64,000 nt of DNA, from assembly GCA_950097015.1 (NCBI GenBank), contig CATNEN010000039.1, positions 19,778,001-19,842,000 of the forward strand, read 5' to 3'. Source of the DNA: Macrostomum hystrix (taxonomy: Eukaryota; Animalia; Platyhelminthes). Shown here piece after piece: positions 1-13,500 of this stretch. The translations under genes were made by a program, and so were the position numbers. The notes below the pieces were generated by a model. It was not told where the DNA came from. It saw only the letters and a list, made by a program, of their open reading frames with translations, and made no database searches. The first letter of the stretch is position 1. Every line of letters begins with the position of its first letter.

Positions 1-804
1 TTATTGAGTGCACTTGTCATATAACTTGTCATGCGCCGCGGTGTGGTTGAGTAGCTTCAAGTGATATTTGCTAGTCTTGTTAGTTTCTGCTTTAACTTAA
101 GTTGTTTTTTGATGTTAGACTTATTAGTAGTGAGAAATCAATTATCTAGAAAATTTTAATTACCGAAAGCAATTGGTTAAAATAATGATTCACAGTTCGT
201 TATTCGATCAATATTCCTTAATTTTGTGAATGAATGTGAGTAATCGGAAAAATACGAAATGAAACTGAAATTAATCGATAAGCTAAATCATAACAAACAA
301 TTCATCCGACAATATACGTGGTTCCTCTTTAGCCTTATGGTGAAAGAAAATATCAGTTGTTATAAACGAATAAGACACACTAAAGCAGGAAGAAACCTAC
401 CCCGCCGTCAAATTTTGATTGGTCGACGTGATTCACGCTGTTTCTATTTTTAGAAAACCGAACTACGTCACTGACAGCTCAGCCAATCAAAAGTTTCAGG
501 GTGAGTGCCAACAAAATTCGAGTATAAGTCCGTCCCGATGAGCAGAGTTTATAGTTTTCCTAATATTTTTCCCTACGTAAAATATTCCCTAAGCAAATTC
601 ACACAAGAATCAAACAATTTTAACATAAATTTCACCTTAGAGTAAAGCGAAGGAATGATGATTTGCTTGGCTATTTTATTCTCAGCTTCAAGTGATCAAA
701 TATGAAATAAAATTAGAAAAACTCTTTGAAAAAAGTAACGAAACGAAGCGACCCGTGCTTAAAAAGCGTTAAATATAAGCGCAAAGATGGTCGGGGCTTT
801 ATAC

Positions 805-864
805 CTCGTCGGGACTAAGTCTTGAACCGATTGGTGATGGCAGAGCGACTTTAGTTGAATTTAC
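805..864 (-). CDS. Candidate 60-nt C-terminal exon (VNSTKVALPSPIGSRLSPDE)
   Basis: CTAAT branch, CTGCAG acceptor, GAG|GTATAA donor, phase 0-0 open frame; no homology support. Confidence 0.4.
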
Positions 865-1393
865 CTGCAGTTACAACGACACAGATTAGGTAGTGACAAA
901 GATCTATTCTGTTTCAATATTACCTTACAAACGATTCTAAAATCTAGCAGTTTCTTGAGTTCCATAATTGTGAGCTATCTAACAGTTTAAAAGCAATATT
1001 AAGAAAATTTAAGCATATTCAGGGTAGCAAATGCACTAGACTAAAATCGTCTAAAGGTAAAAAAGAAGCCATGAAAATGTTTTATTCAACAAGAGAAAAT
1101 TAATCAAAGGTATTACACTCGAGGCTAAAATCTTCAAGCGGGTCAAAAGCAAGGTTAGCAATAGTGAATGGTACTCGTATGTACACACAACAGTGAACTA
1201 CATTTCACTATTTTAGCCTAATCTTGTATCAATTATTTACACGTTGACTCGATAAAAAATTCTGCCCGCGCTTTTAATATTTCCCCGAATGATTTTTATT
1301 GGTACATGCAATCGAAATCAATATAAAACTTCCAATAACACTTGTTAAAAAAGATTTAGTCGCGCGAATTAAAAAACCATTCGACAGTCTTAC

Positions 1394-1500
1394 CCCGTGA
1401 CCGTGCTTATCCTTGCTGCTAGATTTGAAAGCGCGCCAATTTTCCACGATTAGAAGGCCGGCGTAGATTTTACCCACTGTCATCTGGAACTCCTTCAGTT
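1394..1500 (-). CDS. cac: Cav2 exon IQ-like domain ([36 protein letters not shown])
   Basis: CAG/GTAAGA; TVGKIYA motif. Confidence 0.94.
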
Positions 1501-4500
1501 CTGGAACAGTTTGATACAATTTGACATTAGTGGCTGCTAGCAAATGTCCACGTCCCGAAAAAGACTGAGGAAAAACATACAAAAACCGATGACCGTTGTA
1601 TGAACATCTCTTTATCTTCGGAAAAAGTTGCTTCACTGGGAGGCAGTCTTCAACAGTAGAAAGATCACGCTATTTTTCCCCTGGGGAAGGACCACGGGGA
1701 TATTTTAAATACCCATTGCCTACTTCACGATAGTTCGCAATCAGAAAGACTAACTTTGAAAGCAATCCGACGTCAGCATTGTTGAGATGTTTAGCGATTG
1801 GTGTCAAAGACGCTGGTGACAAGGACAAGTAAAACTCATAGTTAATCTTAGAGTATAGATTTACTCTGTAAATAAACTCAGTAAAACTTTGCTGTGTACA
1901 AACCTTCATGGCTAATTCATAATGGTTCAGTAATATGAGTCCATCTATCGGAGGGACCATTGTTCTCAGCATCTCAGTCACCAGAATCCCCTCCATTGCC
2001 GTCTGAAGCATCGTCGGCAACCGTCGGACCTTCATCAAAAGCAGTCGTCTTTGAGATGCTGATCGAGTGCTTTTCTTGAATGTCCCGACGGTGGCCGCGG
2101 ATGCTCCAGACGGTGATGAAGGGGACCCTGGTGACTGGGATGCTGAGAACAAAGGTCCTTGTTACTGATTGATAAAGTTTAGGGGGCCGACGAAGTTCCA
2201 TGGTGAAATTTTGTGAGCAGATAAACTATGCCTATTTTTTGGTTTTGCCACATGACACCCCTAAGAAATCGTTTAATATCTCGAAGATGCCGATGTTTTC
2301 GAGGAGCGATCATAAATTTCTTCAACCTAATCTTCAATTAAATGATCCTTACCATCATCTGGTGGTACGAGCTTGTTCAGGCACTTCTTCGCCCGCAGCG
2401 GCCACATCTTCTGGATGCTCTGACGCAGCTCTTCATCCTTTTTGTCCATCAATTCGGCTGCGTCAACTTTGATGCTTAGAGACTCGCGGATTAGCGCAAA
2501 CAGGGTGGTGGTGAAGTGTACGGTGCCATTCTCGTCAACTGGCATGTTCATTCTGATGAGCTTCCGGTACGCCAGTCGGTACGGACACTTCTTGCCGAAG
2601 CCAACGGGCGGCTCCATGTTTCGCAGCATCTCGTACATGTCGGTGTAGCTAATTCGGCCCGTTGCACCGGGATCAAACTCGGCCCACACCCGGCTGTACT
2701 CGTCCAGGTGGTGCGGCCCCAGTATGGACGAGTCGCGAGTCAAATAATCGAAATTGTCCATGATGACGGCGACGAACAGGTTAAGCATCAGGAATGTGCA
2801 GAAGAAGATGAATGAAACAAAATAGATGTAGGAGATATTGTTGCCGCAGGTGTTTCCAGCGTCGTCTGATGCTGAAGGCGGATTGTCTGGTGTCGACGGT
2901 GGAGTTTGGCATGTCTTGCCGGCTGAGCAGGCCAGCATGATCGTCTGCCACGACTCTCCCGTAGCGCAACGGAATAATAAGACGAGACTTTTTAGAAATG
3001 TTTGAAAATTATTGTGCCGATTGATGTCAGTGTCATTGTCCAGGTTAATGTTGCCGAACACCTGCATGCCGATGATGGCATAGATAAAGAAGAGCATGAT
3101 GATGAGCAAGCAGACGTAGGGCAGAGCTTTGATTGACTGGATGAAGGTCCAGAGCAGGATGCGAATCGTGTAGCCCTGGCGAAGTAGTTTGATCAGGCGA
3201 GCCGCACGGAACAAACGCAGGAAGCCGAGGTTCAGAAAGTTTTGTTGCTGCGTGAGAGGAATGGTTTAAAGTATAATAATAATAATTGCACAAAAACAAT
3301 TTACTTTAAAAAAGTATCGCCTTAAAGCGATATTCCGATACCGATACTCTAAAAGTTATCGGCGATATTTGTTGGTCCGATACCAAAATTTGAGTATCGC
3401 CGATACTTATATCCGATACTTAGTCCGATACATCATTTTTTCTTGTTTTCTGCATCTGTGAAGCCAGCTTAAATAGAAGAAGTATCGCGCGATACCATGG
3501 TCCGATACTGAGAAAAAAAGTATCGAGGTCCGATGCTCCGATACTCAAATGGTACCGGCGATACTATCGGAGTATCGGAGTATCGGACCTGTGCCCAACA
3601 CTGTCATTTGGTAACACTAGACCCTAAACCGGCGAGAAGGCAACTCCGCGGCCATTTCACTGACTCCTGAGCACACACGCACACATATACAGTAGGCAGA
3701 CACACATTCACACAGGTGTGTACATCTGCCTGACTCATAACACAGCTATAGTGTTGAAAAATTGGTTCAAGTACCTGATTTAATTTGACTATTTTGTAAA
3801 TTTCTCAGTTTCAACAAAAAATAGCGGCTATCCTTACCTGTAATCCAGACACCAGAACATCTGTGATGCTACCAATAACAGTGATGAAATCAAATATGTT
3901 CCATCTATCCCGGAAGTAGTTCTGGCAAGAGAATGAAATTTTTGTCGATCATGCTCTTTTTCAATGCTAATTACTCGTAGTTTAAATAGCCACGTGTTTA
4001 TTGGTGTAAAAACTTAATACGTTCTATAATATTGTACATACTCACGTAAAAGATTTTTCCTGAAATGAAACCAGGGTTCCTTATTTGCGTCAATGTAATG
4101 GCAAACAGTCACATACTACTGAGGAATACACTCTCTCCACTCTAATGACGTAATAAGATGGATGTAAGTCTAGGTGGAAGCGAGTATTTTTTTAAATCCC
4201 ACATCTGAATTATCGTTTTCTGAAATGTTATGCAAAAAATCACCAGAACATTAGATACAAATTATGAGACAATGTGACAATGATATAAGTAGTTTAGAGT
4301 GGGACTTTATTAAATTACATACACTGAAACTTGCATTTGGAACAGTTTTATTGTTTGAACAGTCAATTGACACAACAGTGGCAGAGGGCTTCACCTAAGC
4401 ACTTAGTCTAAAAATTCTAACCACAATAACATAGCTTATGTTACAATAGCTTTGCTAGTATGTCATTGTATATGGCAGACAAGGTTACAGCTCATTCTAT

Positions 4501-7500
4501 ATCTTGGAAAGTGGTAATTTAAATTTAATCGAGTTAATTAATCTACGAGAAGTTAAGCGTGTCTACGAGTAAGAGCCATTTCTGAATATATTTACTTTAA
4601 CGATTATAAATTAATTGATGTGTTAAAACAACAGTTAACTCATTGGAGTGGAGCTATAGGTGAGTGTAAGGTGAGAGTCGTACTCGTATAGCTAATATTG
4701 TTGATTTGAATTCATCACTTTGACCTTCCAGCTAATGACCTAAGCTGCTTTAACATCTCAGCTTAAATAGAGCATGCACCATAGCACAATGGATCAGTGC
4801 TTGGTTTTTTGTAAGGTAAAACTTGCACCGTTGGAGTCAGGACGTACAAATTGAGACAGTTGGGGGTGGTGGCCAATAAGTCAGGAACACCAAAACACTG
4901 AGCGAAAACTAAAAAAAACAAAAGTGCACCACCAAAAAAAAATTCGCAGCGACCAAAATGTCGCGCCCAGCAGTTGCACGGTCAAGAGCTTCACCTTTGG
5001 TCCGAAGGCCAATATCTTGAGAATGCATTCAACAGAGAACATGACGGTGAATGCGGAATTAAGGTACACCAGGGTACTACAATAGTGCTTGTAGGCCTGG
5101 TGTTCGGGATCTTCCAGACCGTCCAGTGTCTGGCTCTCGCGCCTGTAGTACTGCACAGGCGTTGGCAAGACAGGGAGAAAGGCAAAGATGAATATATAAA
5201 CATATATAGGCTAGCTTGAAAGGGACATGCAAATTATTGAGTTTTACTGATTTCGTGCATCAGTTTGCAGTTAATGAAAATCTTAGGTGCACAAGATGGC
5301 AGCCAGGACTGCTATATAGATTCGCAAGAATGAATTTAGTTTAATAACAATTACTAAACTGCAAGGTTGTTTAAATGTTCATAGCGACGGCACTTAGTCA
5401 ATTTACGCGAAAAAAATATGCATGACACAATTTGAGATATTTCATAACTAATTGGTTTTTCTTACGAATAAAATTACAGTTGATTGAAGTGCAAATCCCA
5501 TGAGTCACAACTGATCCCCTACGATCAAACTAATTCTGTCAACATGGCAACAAAATAATTGATTTAGGAATTAAAAGAAACAAAATCTACTGAAATAATT
5601 CACGAGAAAACTTCATGAACAACTACTTGAGAAATAGTTAGGCTTGAACTGAACTCGTATTAAGCTGTCAAGCAGTCAAGCTAATATTCGTCAAATTAAA
5701 TGATGCAACAATGAACTGCAGAGAGGAAATAATTACGAATTTTTGAGTAGATGATGATTTTACAAGCTGACTTTGAGGCATATTCTTTCTTTAATTGACG
5801 GCAGTAGTTAGCGGGGGCTTAACCCACTTCAGAAATTTTTGCTGCGCTTCTAGGCCCAGCTAAAAATCTGGTATCAGTTCAAAAACAATTTCGCTCGATT
5901 GAAATGAGACATTGTGCCAAGCAGATCAGTTTTGCTCTATGAGTTCTGCTGAGTCAGTCAAGTTATTCAAGAAGAATGTTAAAAAAGAGTAAAGAAACAA
6001 AGAAAAACAGAAATAGTCAGAGGAAGTTCTTTAAGTCTCGTAAATAGAAATTATAGCGATAAAATGTTCTTGAAAGGGACGCTATTCGTTGACATTTAAC
6101 CTGATGAGGGCAAATCCTTACCCTAATGTCTAAACCAAGCATTTTCAGTAGGCACTCAATGCTAAACACCACTGTGAAGGCGATGTTAAGATTTCGCATA
6201 ATATCGCTGTACGTTTGACTGGCACCGTGAAACTGAAATTGGTGATTGCGTCATCGAACAGGTGTGAGACCTGATTCATCATTTATTTATTTGGTTTGTT
6301 CCGTTCGCTAAAATCAATGCAATCAAAAGGCAAAAGTATATCTGATCTTGTCACTTATTAAAAGTATGGTAAATTAAAAAGCAATAATTGTTATAGCATA
6401 AATCTTATTGCACAATATATAATATTTTAATAGCATTTCTGTTGGACCTCCAAGGGCTACAACAGGTGGAACTAGGCCACTATGGACACCCTGACGCAAA
6501 TTTCTCCAATTTCACTGATCACGCCTAAGTACTGGGCGTAGCTCAACCACAGGACACCTTCGCCTAGTCTGTCAACCAATCAGTCACCACCCAACGCTGT
6601 CAGCGTTCAGGCGATGCCAAAAAAGTCATTTTTTAGGGAAATCCCCCTTTGTATAAAAACGGGCGGCAAAATGGCTTGATGGTCCAACTGTTAAAGAAAC
6701 AATAATTAAACAAAGCGCCTACCTTCATCATCAGGATCAAAGTGTTCAACGCAATCATCACCATGATGAAGTACTCGAACGGGGTGGACACAACCAGTCG
6801 CCAGATCCTGTACTTGATGGAGTTCTTGTTCTTGGGCATGTAGCGGCACAATGGTCGAGCGTTAATGGCAAAGTCGATACACTGGCGCTGTTAACGAGGT
6901 TTAGTTGATGAAGGCTTTATTTGGAAATGATCGAACTCGAACAACCGTGTAATCGGTTTCCAGTGAACTGTGTACTAACCTGGTTCTTGTCGATCTCTTG
7001 ATCAACTAGCTCGTTCTCGCCTTGCTCTTGAAACGTAATAATGATCAACGCAACGAAGATGTTCACAAAGAAGAATGGAAACACGATGAAGAAGATTACG
7101 TAGAAGATGGCCATCTCTTTGCGGTAGTCTGGTACAGGCCCCGTGTCAACGTGAGTGGCTGCCATTGAATTCTTAAGCACTCTGAAATTTATTTTCAGGA
7201 AAAAACCACAGGTTCGGCTTGAGGTGCTTCAAATTAGAAGGCAAAAAGAGACTTAATTCTTCACGCATAGACAGTCTATTCTAAAAAGAAAAAAATGGTA
7301 GACAAAAACATACAACGGACGAAACTTCTTCACGATTTCAGAGGAAAAAAATTGTGTCCTTTAGCAAGACCTTTAGCATTAGGTCGAATATTTGGTTGGT
7401 TGAATATTTTCGGAGAGAGTGGGTGTGCCGTCCCCCCAGTCCATGGACTGATGGCGCCTCGCAATAGCTGCGGCTGCATATCAGACCCCATGGGGGCAGT

Positions 7501-10500
7501 TGTAATAAATTATTATTGCTAATATAATTATTCTCCTCATAAACGATGTTGGCATCGTAAACTAGAAAATTGGTGAATCAGGGGTTGAATAAGGTTGGTC
7601 GTATCCTAAACTGAATATTCTACTTCTAAAATAAATATAAATTATATAACAAATACTATGAATATATGTCACATATAATCTGAGTTCATCTCAGATTTGA
7701 GTACTGACAAAAATAGATAAAGAGTGCTTCGATTGACAACAAATCGTGCAGAACAACACAAATATCTAATAAATTATGATCAAATCAGGTGTTTACGCTG
7801 GCCAGCCTTCTCCAGTAGATACTGTGAACAGAGTCAGCATGGAGTTGTAGATGTTGTCATAGTGGAAGCTCTGATTCTTCCACTCTCGCTCCTTCATCTC
7901 CGGCTTTTCAGCGTCGCCGTCGTAGTGAAAATAATATCCCCTAGTGGGATAAAAGAGAAACGGCTAATTGCAGGAAAATGTACGTACAAAATGAGGTAAA
8001 ATCCAACACCAACAGCTCTGCGGCACCCTTTGATGCAGGGGTCGGGAACGTTGAATACCTCACGGGAGATAAGAAAGGGGAGACAAGACAGGAAGAGATG
8101 AGACAGGGAAGAGATAAGACAGGGGAGAGATGAGACAGGGGAGAGATGAGACTGGGGAGAGATGAGACTGGGGAGAGATGAGACAGGGGAGAGATGAGAC
8201 AGTGAAGAGATGAGACAGGGGAGAGATGAGACAGGGAAGAGATGAGACAGGGAAGAGATGAGACAGTGAAGAGATGAGACAGGGAAGAGATGAGACAGGG
8301 AAGAGATGAGACAGGGAAGAGATGAGACAGTGAAGAGATGAGACAGGGAAGAGATGAGACAGGGGAGAGATGAGACAGTGAAGAGATGAGACAGTGAAGA
8401 CATGAGACAGGGAAGAGGTGAGACAGGGAAGAGATGAGACAGGGGAGAGATGAGACAGGGAAGAGATGAGACAGTGAAGAGATGAGACAGGGAAGAGATG
8501 AGACAGGGAAGAGATGAGACAGGGAAGAGATGAGACAGGGGAGAGATGAGACAGGGAAGAGATGAGACAGGGAAGAGATGAGACAGGGAAGAGATGAGAC
8601 AGGGAAGAGATGAGACAGGAAAGAGATGAGACAGGGAAGAGGTATTATAAGGAGTCAGGAGCCTGATTTAGTATCATCGAGGACAGTATCTGCCCCACGG
8701 TCGAGAAGTTGCCGACCCCTGCAAATTATATCATCATGTAATTTGTTATCCGTCAACCGTTAGCGTTTAAGCAAAATGCCACCATTCCACACCAGAAGGA
8801 AAGGTCAGGGTCACAGGTCCGGCTCAACCTACAATGCCCAGCCCTCTCCGGAGGTGACAGTGAACAAAGTCATTAGCGATATAAAAACGTCGTCGTAGCG
8901 GAAGCACTGGGCGCGCCAGCTTCGGGCATCGACAGACAGGGAAGTTTCCCCCTTCGGCGAGGTTTGATAGTTGAAGAAGTAGCCTCTGCATGCGGTTTGT
9001 GTTCGGCAATTTTTTGTATAATATCGACAGAAAAGTTCTGCTCAGTGTTTAACAATAGTCTAACTTGCCTCTAACTAAGTCTCTATGCGAAAGTCCTCAA
9101 TCATTTGTGTCATAACACAGAGAATGCTTGGGGGACTGTTGCGCAGTGAGAGCTTGTGTACACTGACCGACAATGAGAAAGGCAGGGCAGATGTACACAC
9201 CCGATGGTCAGCGGAATGGGCAGAATGTCGCCAATGAATGCGTGCTGTGCCCGCAGCACCCCACAATGGCAAATTTTGCTACCATTTGTGAAGCTTAGAA
9301 ATCTGGACCTTTAACAGTTACAAAGACCAAGCAATTTCCCCACCTGGAGAAAGACCACGGGGGGGTAATTAAATACCAAATGGCTACTTCACGATAGCTC
9401 CCAAACCTAATGACCGATTTTAGTGAAAGTCCACAATATGTATCGACGTTTTCCGCCCTTTACGAAGAACTACTTTTCAAAGCCGTCCGACGTCAACATC
9501 GTCGAGGTATTCAGCAATTCTTATCGAAGACCCGGATGACAAGGACAACTAACATTGCTTTGTATAAACCCCCTATCGCGAATCCATATTGGTTCAGCAA
9601 TATTATTATCAGCAATATTGGCCAATATTGGTGGCTTTTGCCATCAGACACACCGAAGAGAATCGTTGAATATCTCGACGATGCCGATGCTTGGCGATTC
9701 CGAAAGTTGTTTCATCGGTTAGAGCGGAAAGTTGTAGCTCCTGTTCTGGATTTTCATGGCAATTGGTTGAATAGTTTGGGAGATACGGAAAAAATGTGGG
9801 TATTTAAAATAGCTCCCAATCGGCTTTCCACTTTTATGATAAATGTAGGTTGAGTTCTGTTTAAAATTTTCATATTTTACGAGTAATGGCAGCTGCTTCG
9901 CAAAAAAGCAATACGATAAAATTAAATCAGAATTAACATATTCTGCAAAGTATTGAACTCACTGGCACTCGCTTCTCGTCTTCTTAGACGCGTCTGTGCA
10001 GTAAAAGAACTTTCCTTGAAATAGCTGGACCGCAATGACCGCGAAGATAAATTGGAACAGGCAGTAGACAATGAGGATGTTGAATACGTTCTTCAGTGAG
10101 CTGACGACGCAGTTGAAGACGGCCTGTAGGTTTTTTGGTTGCGTGTTTTATTAGCTTCAAAAACGAACGTCTGTCTTAAACAACAGCTTTTTGTCCGATT
10201 AAAATGACAGTTGCATATATTCATAGCATTTCGTGACAGTAGACCCGCAGCCAGGCGATACCAACCATTTCGCAGACTCCTGAGCACTTTTGAGGGTGCA
10301 CTGCCTTTGTGACTAGTGGGTTGGCCCACCGAGTCGTAAATTGAACGTCTTTGTGGCTGAGCCCAAATCAATGTAAGATTGCTCCGGAATCAAACTCAGG
10401 GACCTTGTCGCTAGGGGCAAACACGTTAACATTAAAAGTGGGTATTTAAAATGCCCAAATATTTCTTTTTAATGTATCTCCTAAAATATTCAACACATCG

Positions 10501-13500
10501 CCATGAAAATCTAGAAAACGGGCTAAAATTTTCCGCTCTATTCGATGAAACAACTTTCCGAATCGCCAAGCATCGGCATCGTCAAGATATTCAACGATTC
10601 TCGCTAGACTTCCTCTGGAGGCAAAAACTACCAATATGGACATAATTTTTCTGCTCACACAATTTCACCATGCAATAATTTCGGAAATCATTTTTTACTT
10701 TTTTAAAAGAATTTGGATTCGCTATATAAATAATTGTTATTCGTTATTGTCACCAGGGTCTTCGACAATAATTGCTGAATATCTCGAAGATGCTACCCTC
10801 GGACGGCTTTGAAAAGTAGTTCATCGTAAAGGGCGGAAAATTTCGATCCATATGGTGGACTTTCAGGGAAATCGGTCATTCGGTTTGGGAGCTATAGTGA
10901 AGTAGGCAGCGGGTATTTAAAATACTCCATGGTCATTCTCCTGAAGAAAAATGGCGTTGTCTTTCTACTGTTTACAAACAGTCTACAAGCCGCACCTTCA
11001 GCTTTGGCACTCGATTGATGGTCTTCAACGGCCGCAGAACGCGCAGAACACGGAGGCTTTTGATTGTGCTGAAGTTCTTGGCGTTGCCCTGAACCGGCGT
11101 TCGACTGTGGAGATTCGAGTTGGGTGGACGACAGTGCGGTGTGAGAAAAAGTTTTTGAATCTCGTGGCAAGAGTTACTCGTACGGATCATGGTAAAAGTG
11201 CATATTTTAGAGCTGTTCAATTTCATTCGCGAAATTGAGTGTGTTTCATGCAAAATGGATTTTAAAGTTTCTTTTACTGAATATCTGAATCGATAAATTA
11301 TTTTTTTAAGAATCAGACGTGCGTTAAGACAGTTATATTTTACATTTCGGCCTTGACTAAAATTAAAATATTATATAGCATAAATAATATGGACATCCTA
11401 GCAGTGTGTGAGTTTATGATGCTTTAATCTGCGACTCCGCTATGTTGCTAGGTCTAGTCTACCGCTCATTTAATTCCAAATTTTCTAGGTGCTGACTATA
11501 TGATAGGTAAATTTTCCATACAAAAGTTAAAGCAACTCATCAAGTTAAAAATGGAGGTGTGCAATTATTTATTTTGTTTAAATTCGTCTCTAACGCACTA
11601 TAATATATGAAGCTAATGCAAAAACACTAGGCTATAAATTGAATCTAAGTTTACTCTTAGTCTTACTCTCCCGAATGCTGCACAATAACGGCTCTAGCAA
11701 AAAATGGAAGCAAAAAAACTGTCATCGGAAATGTTTGAGACCATGGATATGCACGGGCTGAAATTTTAATCCTGTCTCAATTTTGGGAGGTTTTGCCTGA
11801 CAACACTACTGTCAGCGAACGGTTGCAGACATATTTTGATTCGTAATTAAACAGTCACTCCCATTTTCTAAAAAATCCTCGGTACTAAAATTCTTCATTG
11901 TTCAGTATGCACTTTAACTACATTGCATTGTAACTCAAGCCTGGTCCATAAAGTTATCGACGGGAACACAGAACCCCTGATAAAATAACGTCTGGACTTT
12001 CAGGACTCGACTAAAATTTAGGTAGTGAGGGCGAAAGAGAGAGGGACTATAGTGGGAATGGCGAAAATCAATCACCTGCGTCACAGTAGCGGCGAGGATC
12101 GGAGGAAGTAGAAAAAGAAATCGATAATCCACCCAGACCCCTATTCCCCACCGTTGTTGCTTATCTTGTTCACTGAAGCTAAGGTAAGCCGTCCAAGCTT
12201 GCTACCCCAAGTGTGTCCGTGCTAAACTGTGGCTACAGCTGCATTGCATTTTGAGCATAGCTGAGCCATTTGAGAACGGAGAGGGGGAATGCATAGGGAG
12301 CGTGGGGTGCTGTTCCACCCACCGATTTAGCGACCCCTCGCCCCGTTGCCAGCATTCCAGCAGCGACTCTCTGTGGGGGTTGACAAATATTTCATGCCAG
12401 CACTGTAAGTGTGTGTTCAGTTGCTATAAAGTAGTTTCAGCTACTGGTTTACGAGTCGGCGAGAATGCCTAATTTTAGCAACATAAGCTGGCTTGCTCGG
12501 AGAGCATAATAAAACTGGTGTGGCTTCCGGAACGAAGAAAATATATAGGAGATTTTGCACATTTTGTTAAAAATCATAAATGTCTAGGTTGTAATTTTTC
12601 TCGACTCAGCCACTTAAAATTATTTTAGTTTCAATATAAAAATCTACGAGCTACATAAATAACATCTTGTCGTCATGAAAATGTAGCTCGTAATGATGCA
12701 TTCTTCGAAAATGCTAAACACAAAATTAAAAAAAAACATTTACAGAATTGCACCAAGCATACTGCTTTTTGTGCCTAGAAACAAAAAATTAACTCTGGGT
12801 TCTCAAGTATTGATTTGACAACTTATTGGGTATTTAATCATTTTTTATTGATTAATTAAAGTGTTCGGCTTTGGCTAAAATGTGCATTTGTGCATTTTCT
12901 GAACAAAAAACATCTACATGGCGATTATAGAGAAACTTACTATTTATTATTATGCAATGTACATTTCACTTGGCTTTTGCTAAGCAAGACGTTAACCATC
13001 TGATAGACAAGTACAGTGACGATACCCACGTGTTAAACAGGTACACTAATTATACCCAACCCACCTGCTCGACAACTACATTGACGATACACACCATTAG
13101 ACAGGTACAGGATGATACCCATCTGTTTAAATAATTATTGTGACTCAACCAGCTGATTCGAAAAAAATGATTTTTGGCTCGCATTGGTTTTGTTCGAAAT
13201 TTTTCAGAAACCTATTGGCCCAGGTTAACATGACTCAAAGTAATGCAAATTGTCAATGGTTTTTCCAAGCGAAGCAACAAATTAAATACGAATGGATTTA
13301 ATAAAAACAATCAAAGCTTATGATTGCTGTAAAAATCTTTTTTTCGATGCAATCTGTGAAGCAACCACATCATTCTGTTGATAGAACAAAGTTCATTAAC
13401 TTTTAATGAAAATGTTCTTTAAAAACGTGCCGCTAACTTAAACTGACTTGCACTTGGAAAACGTTTAATACTGAATAACAAATATCGGTGCAAACTGTTG

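Noticed and set aside
9410-9853. 147-aa ORF as a transposase or gene
   Set aside because: Lies within a non-coding foldback repeat; the frame is not preserved in the other copies and there are no recognisable motifs.
12030-12125. Acceptor-like site (pyrimidine tract plus CAG near 12076) in the IIIS3-S4 intron
   Set aside because: Gives an immediate TGA in the needed phase; no further support.
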